The notes beneath the pieces were generated by a model that did not search any database, had not been told where the DNA came from, and saw nothing but the letters and a program-made list of their open reading frames with translations. Of a stretch of 64,000 bases of DNA, positions 41,066 through 53,100 are shown piece by piece. Each line of letters begins with the position of its first letter. The first letter of the stretch is position 1. Location of the stretch: positions 133,953,790 through 134,017,789 of the forward strand of contig NC_068982.1 of assembly GCF_001194135.2 (NCBI RefSeq). Direction: 5' to 3'. The position numbers were made by a program, and so were the translations under genes. This DNA is from Octopus bimaculoides. Lineage: Eukaryota.

Positions 41066-41595
41066 GAATAGTAATATTGTTCTTTAAATATTGTAGTTTA
41101 ATATGATTGTTTTTCACGAGTGGAGTGGGTTCTCCAATTTCTCATATAAAATACAAAATCGTTATCATATCATGAGAGAGAAGGGGTTACATTAGAGAGA
41201 GGTGATAGAGCTTAACTAAATGTAAGGTGAAAAGATATTCTAATTGGTTGTGGTAAAAAGGGGGAGAAGAAATTCTTAAACCAATGCAACATTTGTCTGC
41301 ATGTTACAGCATGTGTCTGAATGTTACACTTTCAAAGGGAAGTAAAACCATTTTGACCTTGATTGTTCTTTTCTCTTGTAATTAGAGAGTAAAGTAGCAA
41401 TGGAGGAAGAAGAAATAACAAGAGTCAAAAGGCAGAGAGGTGGTAATGATCAGAGAGTGGAAGAAACAAAAGCTAGTGGGTGGTTTTATGCTTAATATTT
41501 ATCATATTGTTACCGACACTATCGGTTACTGAAATCATAAGTCTTCAATAACCTCCATCCATTGTCTACCTCATTATCATAAAAATCTTTAACAT

Positions 41596-41967
41596 AGGCA
41601 TGGCTGTGTGGTAAGAAGCTTGCTTCCCAACCACATGGTTCCAGGTTCAGTCTCACTGCATGGCACCTTGGGCAAGTATCTTCTACTACAGCCTTGGGTT
41701 AACCAAAGCTTTGTGAGTAGATTTGGTAGATGGAAACTGAAAGAAGCCCATCGTATATATACACATATATATATATTATTCCAAAAGTATAGTATTAAAT
41801 ATTCATCATGGCTGGTCTTACCAATTAGTTTTGCGTAAAGAATACAATGGAGTGTTAGGTAACAGTCCAGTAATATAACTTTACGCTCATCAGGGTTAGC
41901 TGATATGGAAGGGAATACGGCAACTGCTCTCTATTATATATATGCGTGCGCGTGTGGTGTGTGAGAG

Positions 41968-42003
<36 letters not shown>

Positions 42004-42240
42004 AGTATATATTTATGTGTGTGTGTCTTTGTGTCTGTGTTTGTCCCCACCACCATTGCTTGACAACTGATAATGGTGCGCTTGCGTTCCCTTAACTTAG
42101 CAGTTCGGCAAAAGAGACACAAAATAAAAAATGGGTCCTGAGTTCAATTTGTTCAACTAAAACCTTCAGGGCGATGCTGAAGGTTTTAGTTGAATAAATG
42201 AAACAAGTAAAAGAATGAAACAAGTAAAAGAATAAGAGTA
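41596..42240 (+). mobile_element. SINE family A, with internal extra sequence
   Basis: Head GGCTGTGTGGTAAGAAGCTTGCTTCCCAACCACATGG; tail GAAACAAGTAAAAG. Confidence 0.8.
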
Positions 42241-42315
42241 AAACAGAAACATTCATTAGGGAAATATATTAATTACCAATGCGTTAAGTCTTTTGTTTCA
42301 ATGCTATACTTTCAT

Positions 42316-42714
42316 CTTTTCTTCTTCAGTCACTGGACTACAGCCATGTTGGGGGCACCCCCTCAAAGAGTTTTAATTAAACAAACCAACCAGTACTAAT
42401 ATCTTAAGTCTAGTACTTATTCTATTGATCAATTTTGCTGAACTGCTCAGTTATAGGGATGTAAACAAACGAACATAGTTGTCAAGCACACTGGGCGAAA
42501 TGCTTGTGGTGGTGGTGGTGGTGGTGGTTATGGGACAAACACAGATACAAAGATACACTCCCCAACACATGATAGGTTTTGGCACAGTTTACATCCACTA
42601 AATTCACCCCCAAGGCAATGGTTGGCCTAGGGCTATAGTAAGAGACACTTGCCCAAGGTTCCATGCAGTGAGACTAAACCCAAAGCCACATAGTTTCAAA
42701 GTGAGCTTCATAAC
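42316..42714 (-). mobile_element. SINE family A
   Basis: Reverse complement; tail-to-tail with 41596-42240. Confidence 0.8.
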
Positions 42715-43446
42715 TTGTATAGAACATTTCTATAGATTTTAGCCAACACTGTATGTGTAGATAAGTAGTATTGCTGTGGACTATAAAAGAGAGTACTCAG
42801 TCACTGATGAAAGCCTTTTTCGCCTATGGACCCCATTGATTCCTATTTTATTTGTATGGACCACCATAGCCATTCAATGTATATAAGAAAAAATCCTACT
42901 GTATTTTTATAATTAAATATTATTAGGAATTTTATTTTAAAAAATTATATCATGTGTATTGTAGAAATATAAGCAATTTGTTGCAGATGAGTTTTTACAA
43001 GAAAATCTTATATGGACCCTGGTTAAGAACCACTGATCTATGCTCTAACTTATTGTTATTAGCATAACATAGCGTAGGAGGAGATTGAATGAAATGTATA
43101 AAGAGGAGGAAGAAAATAGGAGGAAAAAAGACAGTGGGAGAGAGAGAGAAGGCAGTATAGGAGGAGGAGGTGGAGGAACAAAAGAATTTGTCTTATTTAA
43201 TGGTTTGAAGATTCTTGTGCATTAAATACTAATGTGACTTCACTTCTAGTCATGGAGTTGGCCTTGGATACAAATCAAGCTGTAAAGTGTATGAGGTAAT
43301 AATATAATTGCTGATCAACTGACTGAGAGTTTGATAATGATTTTTGTCACATCCTTGACAAAATAAATACCAGATAAAAGCTTTCGTTTTTTTCTTTTAT
43401 TCTTTTACTTTTACTTTCCACTGCCTGTGCTGGTATCTTCTCTTAC

Positions 43447-43502
43447 CATTTTTTCTTTTATATTTCAATAGCAATATTTCAAGTAAACGAAAACTATGGA
43501 AT
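43447..43502 (-). CDS. Candidate exon (phase 2-1; FHSFRLLEILLLKYKRKN)
   Basis: gtcacatttag|A ... AATG|gtaaga; one open frame. Confidence 0.35.
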
Positions 43503-43568
43503 CTAAATGTGACATTTATTTACATAATTTGCTAGGTACATTTTTAACCAAGCCTGAGTGTTTTTGCC

Positions 43569-43607
<39 letters not shown>

Positions 43608-44289
43608 CGCAGCAGCAGCAGAAATAGTAGTAGTTGGACTGTATTATAAAATGAGAATGAGTCCTTTCATTTTTCAGATATGGTGTGTAATTTGAGGGAA
43701 ACATTGGCTGTTGTTTCTACCATTTAGTCTAACTGCATAACAGGCTATCTCTCTGTTTTGACCTACCATAAATTTACTAACAATCTCAATATGAAATACT
43801 CACATCATCACTACCATCGTTATTGTTGCCATCATGGTCATATCTTGTGCTATTGCTGCCTACAAATGAGTGTCTTAATAAAACAATAGTTAAATGATGT
43901 AGAACTATTTAATGCAATGAGCATAAAGAATCTAATTAGAAATACTCATTTGGTGAGAAAAAGACAACATAAGCCAAATGATATGTATTTTCATCATTTC
44001 AACAATTATGGAAGACAACTCCAGCAGTGATTCAGCTTCTATTAGACCTCTTCAGTAAAGCATGGACATCACCATTTTTGTTAAAGTAGATGTACAATGC
44101 TGTACACAAGTAGGTGTAAAAAATTAGCATATTTAAAAAGAATAAATCAATGAATCATTTCTTAATAAGGAGACATTTTATTATATGTATTTTATGCATG
44201 AACATGAGTCAGTTGTTTTGTCACTATATTTCTGTTAAAATGTTGTTGTTTGTTCCTTCTCAAGCCATGCCTGACTCATAAGGGCCAGT

Positions 44290-44530
44290 TTCTCAGTTTC
44301 ATTGGTGTATAAGTTCTCCACCAGGATGGGACGCCGGTCCTTTACAGGTGAGCTGCTTGATGCAGGAGGGAAAAGTGAGAGAAAGTTGTGGCAAAAGAGT
44401 CAGCAGAGGTTTGCCATGACCTTCTGCCAGAGCCACATGGCATAAACACACACATTTTCCGGTCTGAGGTTTGAACCTGCGATCCCTTAACCGTGAATCC
44501 GCTGCTCTAACCACTTGGCTGTATGCCTCC
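44290..44530 (-). mobile_element. tRNA-derived SINE related to family C
   Basis: tRNA-like head (GCCAAGTGGTTAGAGCAGCGGATTCACGG..GGTTCAAACC) on the minus strand. Confidence 0.7.
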
Positions 44531-44554
44531 ACTTTCTGTTAAAATACATTACCT

Positions 44555-44731
44555 TAATTAATTTTGAAAATGATACAGAATTTAGTAAAATAATTTTGAT
44601 ATTATTAAGCTGGTGTTTGGAACACAATGTGAAATTCTAACGGAAGATTTTAATTTAAATCATTTTGAAACACAAAGCTGATATCATAGAACCAAGGACG
44701 GTCATAGGCAGGTTGGTATCAAAAGGGTTAA
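44555..44731. mobile_element. piggyBac-like MITE, third type, partial
   Basis: Ends GGTTGGTATCAAAAGGGTTAA. Confidence 0.6.
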
Positions 44732-44939
44732 ATAGAATGCTAATGCTGGGCCTTGCTAAAATGCACCCTGTACACTCTGTAATTAGTGATAAGAAAGATA
44801 TCCAGCTGGGAAAACTAAACCAAATATGAAACATTTTATCATGACTTGGTTCTCTAACCACTAAGCAGTAACTCCTGGATAAGAATAAGAACCAACTCAA
44901 GCCATAATGACCCATTCAACCCATGCTTGCATAGAAATT

Positions 44940-45250
44940 CGTTTAATGTCCGCTTTCCATGCTAGCATGGGTTGGACAATTTGACTGAGGACTGGCGAAC
45001 CAAATGGCTACACCAGGCTCCAGTCTGATCTGGCAGAGTTTCTACAGCTGGATGCCCTTCCTAACGCCAACCACTCCGAGGGTGTAGTGGGTGCTTTTAC
45101 GTGTCACCGGCATGAAGGCCAGTAAGGCAGTACTGGTAATGGCCACACTCAAAATGGTGTATTTAACGTGCCACCTGCACAGGAGCCAGTCCAGCGGCAC
45201 TGGCAACGACCTCGTTCGAACGTCTTTTCACGTGCCAGGAAGGCGACACT
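44940..45250 (-). mobile_element. RTE LINE 3' UTR copy
   Basis: Reverse complement of 7330-7635. Confidence 0.85.
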
Positions 45251-46110
45251 GGTAGGAAGGCATGGACATATAATCATTTCTACTATAGGCACAAGGCCTG
45301 AAATTTTGGGGAGGGGACAAGTCGATTACATCAACCCCAGTGCTTGACTGGTACTATATGTGCTAATGATAAATCTTGGAATATATAAATATGTGTATGT
45401 ATGTATGTATGTATGTATATGTGTGTGCATGTGAGTGTATGTGTGTGTACATGTGAGTGTATGTGTGTGCATGTAAATGTGTGTGTGTGTGTATGTGTGC
45501 GTGTGTGTGTGCACACATGCGTGCATGTGAATGAGTAATTCATAGTATTAATATCTATAAGATTGTAAATGAATCATTATTAAAAGTATAAAATTTTAAA
45601 CATCAGTTTTAAAGTGGACAATAGTAATAAATCCCATTTACAATAAAGAAACCAGACATCTTTGATTAACAGACAAGAGTATAATATATGAGCTCTCTGA
45701 CATGTCACAATAGCATATATATGACAAACAAGTGAGAAACGTTTGTCTTTTGTAATAACATGTTTGTGTGTATGTACATATATATGTATATATTTGTGTG
45801 TAAGACTAAATTTTTCTTTTTGTTTTCTTCTTTTAAGTGTTCTGTTTGACTTCAATTTCTACTTTTCTACTTTGAAAGCCAATCTTGCAGTCCAAGGCCA
45901 CATTAATTATACTTTGCTTTCAAAACAAACTAAAGCAAATGAAACCAAAATTTTTTTCGAAAACTTAGTGTTTGATAAAGCAAATTTTATTGCAGTGAGT
46001 CAGAAATTTTCAGTTAATGAGAGTTCAAGTGCTTAGATGTACTTATATAAAATTGGGTTCCAGTACTTCTAATTGTATCTCATTTTAATTATATACAAGT
46101 CAGCATTTAC

Positions 46111-46133
46111 CTGACCAGTTTATTCACCACTAA
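46111..46133 (-). CDS. Candidate 23-nt microexon (phase 0-2; LVVNKLVR)
   Basis: ttgttgtttttag|TTA ... TCAG|gtaaat; phase links 47743-47817 to 43447-43502. Confidence 0.3.
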
Positions 46134-46437
46134 CTAAAAACAACAACAATAATAATTCTAAGTTATAGGGTTAAAAGGTGAACATGAATATTTTAATTTC
46201 TAATAAATTACTTTTCTGTTCATTTCATTTATGTACACACCAAAACCCTTTAAAATATTGTTGCTTTATTTCTAAATGCTGGGCCTCACTGTCACTGAAA
46301 ATCTCCCTTGGTTAAAACACATCCTTAGCATCATTAGCATTACTTGCACCTCATTTCAAGAACTAGCCCTTCTCTTTAGGGTGAGAAGATATTTTAGCCC
46401 CCAACAGCTGCTGATATTCTACACGGTGCAAGTGATG

Positions 46438-46822
46438 AGCGGAGGCGAAATGGCTCAGTGGTTAGGGCAGCAGACTCGCGGTCATAGGATTACAGTTTTG
46501 ATTCCCAGACCGGTGTTTCGAGTGTTTATTGAGCGAAAACACCCAAAGTTCCACGAGGCTCTGGCAGGGGATGGTTGCGAACCCTGCTGTACTCTTTCAC
46601 CACTACTTTCTCTTACTCTTTCTTCTTGTTTCTGTTGTGCCTGTAATTCAAAGGGTCAGCCTTGTCACACTGTGTCACGCTGAATCTCCCCGAGAATTAC
46701 GTTACGGGTACACGTGTCTGTGGAGTGCTCAGCCACTTGCACATTAATTTGATGAGCAGGCTGTTCCGTTGATCAGATCAACTGGAACCCTCGACGTCGT
46801 AAGCGACGGAGTGCCAACAACA
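46438..46822 (+). mobile_element. Full-length tRNA-derived SINE (family C) with 10-bp TSD
   Basis: Head GGAGGCGAAATGGCTCAGTGGTTAGGGCAGCAGACTCGCGG..; TSD GCAAGTGATG at 46428-46437 and 46823-46832. Confidence 0.9.
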
Positions 46823-47195
46823 GCAAGTGATGCCCATCTGGGATGGTACCGCTGTTATGCACACTGACATTCTAGACTACATCCAGGAAAGGGCAATTCT
46901 GCTGATTGGCTTTCTGTCACAAATGGACACCTCCAGCTTCTAGCCCTGCCTCTTTCTTGTGTCTTTTCTATTGCTACTATAATGGCTTTTGCTGCTTGGA
47001 GATCACTGGTCCCACGCCTCTACAATTCACACACTCCCAACCCACTCGTCTTCCCACCACTCATCACTCTTAGTGCATCCAACCCTGCCCCTTTCCCTAC
47101 ACAAACAACTATGCCTACTCCTTCTTCTCCAGGACATCAGCCTTTTGGAAATATCCTTCCACTTCATGTCTTTCCTACAGCTGTCAACTTGCAAC

Positions 47196-47251
47196 TTGCT
47201 TGATTTCAGACCCTCTGAATTACCAGTTTCAGAGGGTCTGAAATCAAGCAA
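47196..47251. repeat. Perfect 24-bp hairpin with 8-nt loop
   Basis: TTGCTTGATTTCAGACCCTCTGAA-ttaccagt-TTCAGAGGGTCTGAAATCAAGCAA. Confidence 0.95.
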
Positions 47252-47742
47252 ATAAAAAATTTTTCTTTGATTCTGTAATGGATTATGTTTTCCAAGAGCC
47301 ACAAATGAATAAGTAGAAATGGTTTCAAACAATCAGCTGAAAGTTTGATGGTTTATATATTTCTATAAATAATACTAATAAAAATAAGTTGCAGGGTTAA
47401 AAAGTAGAAGTAAATTTTTAAAATTTCAAACAAATTTTCTATTCATTTAATTTGCATACACACCAAGAGATATTGTTATGGAGAGACAGATTACTCCTAA
47501 ATTCTTTAAAAGATGGTTTTCACAAGAATTACAAATGACCAAGTAGATATGGTGCCAAACCATCAGTAGAAAAACAAAAGGCTCATATAGATATTTTGTG
47601 TCATTAGCTTTTTGTTGCATCCAAGATAAAGACATTTAACCTTTCTTACAGCATAATGCAAGATGCTTTGAAATATTAATTCCAACCCTTTGTCTTCTAA
47701 AGATAACACATCTAGTGTCAGTGAGCTGTATTCGACCCTTAC

Positions 47743-47817
47743 CCAATGTTGATAGTATGAAGATGGTAAACTTTCATGCACAGGCAACTGGTCTTCAGTA
47801 ATAAACCTTTCCTGAGC
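47743..47817 (-). CDS. Candidate exon (phase 0-0, 75 nt; AQERFITEDQLPVHESLPSSYYQHW)
   Basis: ttcctctccaaaatgcag|GCT ... TGG|gtaagg; open frame within track ORF 47563-47823. Confidence 0.35.
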
Positions 47818-48652
47818 CTGCATTTTGGAGAGGAACTTTCCAGATGGAAATGAAATTTGCTAGTACAGTTGCATTATCAACCCTGACCAATAAGTATCCG
47901 TGTTGCTTCTCTATAACAAAAACCTGCTCCCTCTCACCACACCTTTCCTCATACTTTGATTGCTAGTCCCCTTGCATAAAGCCCTGCCTCAGGTTTCACA
48001 GTCTTGCAAGTTGCATGGTAACCTCACGAGCGCTGGTAGCACAAAAGAAGCACACAATGCATTTGGTAAAGTGATCAATGTTAGGAAGGACATCCAGCCA
48101 TAGAACTCATACCAAAGTAGACACTGGAGTATGATGTAATCCTTGGACCATAGGATCCTGTCCAACCATTCAATTCACGCTAGCACACAGCATGGACATT
48201 AAACGATGATGATGATGAACATAATGTAGTGGTCACAACTAGTATAACTTTAATCAAAGGCCCATTTGATCACAATTGACCCGAGGCTAAACAGCAACAA
48301 CAAAGATAATGGTAAAATAACATTCTTGTGTGAGAAGGTTTTCTGGTGGATATCGTTGGGCAAGATTGTTGAAAGGCCAGCAAATAATAGAGAAGTCAGA
48401 CAAATAGATTTAACAATAGCCAGCCTATGAGGTTAATTGCTTTATTTGATAGCTTCATTTCTTTGTTGATTAGATCACACTGACACACCTCTGAAGCCAT
48501 TCTCCAATTACTGGTTGGTTGTAATTCAGTCAAGTACTTTATGTGACAGCATCCGATACATGATGATGACAATGAGGAATGAAATGGTAACAATTCTTCA
48601 ACTGTAAATTTACATTAACCTACTTTATTTTTCTCTCTCACAAGACTTGAAG

Positions 48653-48892
48653 TTCAAAAGTTAAATTTCTCCAGATTGTGTCAATCACTAGTTTCATATA
48701 TATATATATATATTTATCGGATGAATGTAAGTCCTTCCTTTAATTGGAATTATTTCCAAAGACATATAATGTCTTTTCTTCATACTTTACTTTCGAATTT
48801 TCTTATATAAATTCATATGATATGAAAACTTGTGTAGAAATAATCAGTATATGACTTGACTTATTAAACAAAGTTCAACAAATTCATTCATT

Positions 48893-48940
<48 letters not shown>

Positions 48941-48983
48941 AAACTAAGTCATTGACACATACTGGAGAAATTTAACTTTTGAA
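48653..48983. repeat. About 45-bp inverted repeat around an AT-rich core (probable MITE)
   Basis: TTCAAAAGTTAAATTTCTCCAG..TGTGTCAAT..AGTTTCA (48653-48696) and its reverse complement (48939-48983). Confidence 0.65.
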
Positions 48984-49039
48984 ATAACTAACTAACTAAC
49001 TACATACATACATACATACATACAAACAAACAAACAAAC

Positions 49040-49350
49040 AAATAATAATAGACTCTCCCGTCGTTAGACGACCTATGAGGGTTCGACAATTTCTTACCGA
49101 ACAGTCACACAGATGATTTGTTTATAGTGATCAAATGTTTGTGTAGACATAAGCTCATTTCCCTCTATCAGATTGACATTACCTGGACAGGTGCAACTGG
49201 GTGCCACATGTCAGATGTCGAAATGATTGCAGAGCAACCTGAATTGAAGTGCTTTACTCAAGAACACAAAGCAGGAGTATGTCTGGGAGTTGAACCCATG
49301 ATTTTGCAATCATGAGTGCAACACTCTAACCATTAAGCCATGCGCCTTCA
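49040..49350 (-). mobile_element. tRNA-derived SINE
   Basis: Head GGCGCATGGCTTAATGGTTAGAG..GGTTCAACTCC and core-like CTTGAGTAAAGCAC. Confidence 0.7.
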
Positions 49351-50444
49351 CATACGTACACATATACACACACATTTATATATATATATANNNNNNNNNN
49401 NNNNNNNNNNNNNNNNNNNNNNNNNNNNNNNNNNNNNNNNNNNNNNNNNNNNNNNNNNNNNNNNNNNNNNNNNNNNNNNNNNNNNNNNNNNNNNNNNNNN
49501 NNNNNNNNNNNNNNNNNNNNNNNNNNNNNNNNNNNNNNNNNNNNNNNNNNNNNNNNNNNNNNNNNNNNNNNNNNNNNNNNNNNNNNNNNNNNNNNNNNNN
49601 NNNNNNNNNNNNNNNNNNNNNNNNNNNNNNNNNNNNNNNNNNNNNNNNNNNNNNNNNNNNNNNNNNNNNNNNNNNNNNNNNNNNNNNNNNNNNNNNNNNN
49701 NNNNNNNNNNNNNNNNNNNNNNNNNNNNNNNNNNNNNNNNNNNNNNNNNNNNNNNNNNNNNNNNNNNNNNNNNNNNNNNNNNNNNNNNNNNNNNNNNNNN
49801 NNNNNNNNNNNNNNNNNNNNNNNNNNNNNNNNNNNNNNNNNNNNNNNNNNNNNNNNNNNNNNNNNNNNNNNNNNNNNNNNNNNNNNNNNNNNNNNNNNNN
49901 NNNNNNNNNNNNNNNNNNNNNNNNNNNNNNNNNNNNNNNNNNNNNNNNNNNNNNNNNNNNNNNNNNNNNNNNNNNNNNNNNNNNNNNNNNNNNNNNNNNN
50001 NNNNNNNNNNNNNNNNNNNNNNNNNNNNNNNNNNNNNNNNNNNNNNNNNNNNNNNNNNNNNNNNNNNNNNNNNNNNNNNNNNNNNNNNNNNNNNNNNNNN
50101 NNNNNNNNNNNNNNNNNNNNNNNNNNNNNNNNNNNNNNNNNNNNNNNNNNNNNNNNNNNNNNNNNNNNNNNNNNNNNNNNNNNNNNNNNNNNNNNNNNNN
50201 NNNNNNNNNNNNNNNNNNNNNNNNNNNNNNNNNNNNNNNNNNNNNNNNNNTATGTTGGAGAAGCAACCCATTGCTAATCCCTGTATATTTATGATGATAA
50301 ATGATTTTACCGATAAAGGTTTTTTTCATACTGAACTACTTGGCAAAATTGTTAATTATTAATTCTATTACTAATTGACGATTCCCTGCCCTTATTCTTG
50401 TATATATATATATATATATACATACATATATATATCATCATCAT

Positions 50445-50768
50445 CATCATCATCGTTTAACGTTCACTTTCCATGCTGGCATGGGTTGGACGATTTGACT
50501 GAGGACTGGCGAACCAGATGGCTGCACCAGGCTCCAATCTGATCTGGCAGAGTTTCTACAGTTGGATGCCCTTCCTAACACCAACCACTCTGAGAGTGTA
50601 GTGAGTACTTTTATGTGCCACCGGAACAAGGGCCAGTCGAGTGGTACTGGCAATGGCCATGCTCAAATGGTATTTTTTACATGCCACCTGCACAGGAGCC
50701 ATCTGGCTCATCAGTCCCCAGTCAAACCGTCCAACCCATGCCAGTATTGAAAGCGGACATTAAATGAT

Positions 50769-50790
<22 letters not shown>
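50445..50790 (-). mobile_element. RTE LINE 3' UTR copy plus a short oppositely oriented tail
   Basis: (CAT)n-CGTTTAACGT.. at the left end; a plus-oriented tail ..GCGGACATTAAATG(ATG)n at 50710-50790. Confidence 0.75.
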
Positions 50791-50809
<19 letters not shown>

Positions 50810-51089
50810 ACACACACTCACACACACATACACACACACACACACACACATACACACACACACACACACACATATATATGCACATATAGTAGCTGCTTTC
50901 CCGCAAATGAGTAAAGGATTGCTAGAAAGAATCATTGAAATGAGTCATTGATGATGCAATGTGAGGCCCTTGTATGACTCTTGAACCCAGCCAAAGATTT
51001 GCACATTCTATTGCATAATGCACAGCTGTGCTGGTTGGCAGAGGGAACACACACACATATATATATATATATGGACATATCATCATTAT

Positions 51090-51440
51090 CATTATTTAAC
51101 GTCCAATGGGTTGGACAGTTTGAATGGAGGTGGAAAGCTGCACCAGACTCCAGTCTCATTTGACATAGTTTCTATGACTGGATGCTCTTCCAGATGCCAA
51201 TCACTTTACATGGTATGGTGCTTTTACATGGTACAGCATATGTGTTTTTTATGTGGTAATGGCATCAGACTCTTGCAGGTCAATCCTCACCACCAGGGGT
51301 TGCTGGTCTTAACACTTCTCCTGCAGGGCATGGGTATTCTTGTGTACAGCAAGGCACCAGGCATCTTGGTCTTTCATCATCTCACTTGAACGGTCCAGAA
51401 TCCTGAGGTCGTTCTTCAGCACTTAGTTCTATGTCTTCCT
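51090..51440 (-). mobile_element. Old RTE LINE 3' remnants
   Basis: RPRKT..VLKNDLRILD..DAWCLAV, and a 3' UTR-like tail ending in (GAT/AAT)n. Confidence 0.55.
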
Positions 51441-51455
51441 AGGTCTCTCATTTCA

Positions 51456-51493
<38 letters not shown>

Positions 51494-52221
51494 TATAATG
51501 TATTTCTGCTTATATAGAAAGAACTGGAATTTACTCAATATGCAGATTGGAAATATTTGCATGGATGCAAACTCCATTTTGTCATTAAAAAAAAAAAAAA
51601 TGTTGCAAGCAACAAAAATATTTTACTAATATAGTTTATGGGGATAGTTTGAAGTCACCACCCAAAGTAACATCTGGTCTGACCCACATATAAGAAATTA
51701 CAAAGTTTACATTTGATACAATGATATTGGTGGAAGGTATAATCAATGAAATAGTACTGATTCAGAACAATTTAAAATCAATAAATATAGCAAATCAATT
51801 TAATGTCTGATGTCAACGCATTTATGAAGCAAATTATATTTAAAAACGCACACACACCTACACACTCACACATTCCTAAGAAAGTTTTTTTTTTTTACAA
51901 GAAACATTTTCCTTAATGTTAAAACCAGCAAAATAATAGCTTTATATTTGGTCATTTGTTTTACATCTTGTCTTTCCATCCTAACATGGGTTAGATGAAC
52001 ATATTCAAGCATTGTTTTACAGACAGATAGTCACTAGTCCTTAACTCATTTTCAAAGGGATCTTTTATTCCATATATCTTCAAAGGTGTGAAGTGAGCAA
52101 TTTGTTGACAGAAGTGAGTACAGCAGCATTTGTAGTGACTTTCATGGAGCAGAGATGTAAAGAAGCACACATACACACAATATGTGTGTGTGTATTTGTG
52201 TGTGTGTGTGTGTGTGTGTGC

Positions 52222-52322
52222 ACGCGCATGCGTGTACGAGAGAGAATGTGTGTGCGTGTGTATGAGAGAGAATGTGTGTGCGTGTGTACGAGAGAGAATG
52301 TGTGTGCGTGTGTACGAGAGTG
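52222..52322. repeat. 26-bp tandem repeat (CGAGAGAGAATGTGTGTGCGTGTGTA), about 4 copies
   Basis: Direct inspection. Confidence 0.8.
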
Positions 52323-52529
52323 TGTGTGTGTGTGTGTGTGTGCATATGTGTGTGTGGGAGAGTGTGTGTTGAGTGTGTGTGTAAGTTTCCATCTATCAAA
52401 TTCATTCACAAAGCTTTGGTTGACTCAGGTTTGCTATAGAAGACAGTTGCCCAGGGTGCTGTGCAGTGGGCCTGAACCTAAATCCATATGATTGGGAAGG
52501 AAAGTTCCTAACTACACAACCATATCTGC

Positions 52530-53100
52530 ACCAGGTTCCAATCTGATTTGGCATGGTTTCTATGGCTGGTTGCCTTTCCTAACGCCAACCACTCAAAGAG
52601 TATAATAGGTGCATTTACATGCCACCGGCACGGGTGCCAGCTACGTAGCACCAGCATCAGTCACATTGCTTCCGTGAGGCCCAGCACTCAAATGGTGCTT
52701 ATTACATGCTACTGGCATAGTGGGGTCTGTTACATGAGACAAGCATCAGCCACAATTACGATTTCACTTGGCTTGACAGCATATTACCAAAGGTCTCGGT
52801 CATTAGTCATTGCCTTCAAGAGGCTCAATGTTTGAAGATCTTGTTTCACCTCCTCATTCCATGTCTTCCTGAGTCTACCTCTACCACAGGTTTCTTCCAC
52901 TGTTAGAGATCAGCATTTCTTTATACAGCAATCCTCATCTATACACATCACATGACCATACCAGCACAGTCACCTCTCTTGTACACCACACCTGATGCCT
53001 CTTATGCCTAACTTTTCTCTCAAGATGCTTACACTCTGTTGTACATGCACATTGACATTACACATCCAGCAAAGCATACTAGCTTCATTTCTTTCAAGCA
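52530..53100 (-). mobile_element. RTE LINE 3' end, decayed
   Basis: Minus strand LREKLGIRGIRCGVQERRLCWYGHVM..RKTWNEEVKQDL plus 3' UTR. Confidence 0.8.

Larger units (their letters stand above)
46270..47260 (+). mobile_element. CR1/Jockey-like LINE 3' part, same family as 3340-3800, interrupted by a SINE
   Basis: LGLTVTENLPWLKHIL..LALLFRVRRYFSPQQLLIFYTVQVM | PIWDGTAVMHTDILDYIQERAILLIG resumes after the SINE. Confidence 0.8.

Noticed and set aside
41387-41495. Plus-strand E/R-rich exon-like stretch (SKVAMEEEEITRVKRQRGG)
   Set aside because: Purine-rich low complexity with no good donor before the stop codon.
42798-43036. Possible hAT-type MITE ending GGTTAAGAACCACTG
   Set aside because: Left TIR too decayed to confirm.
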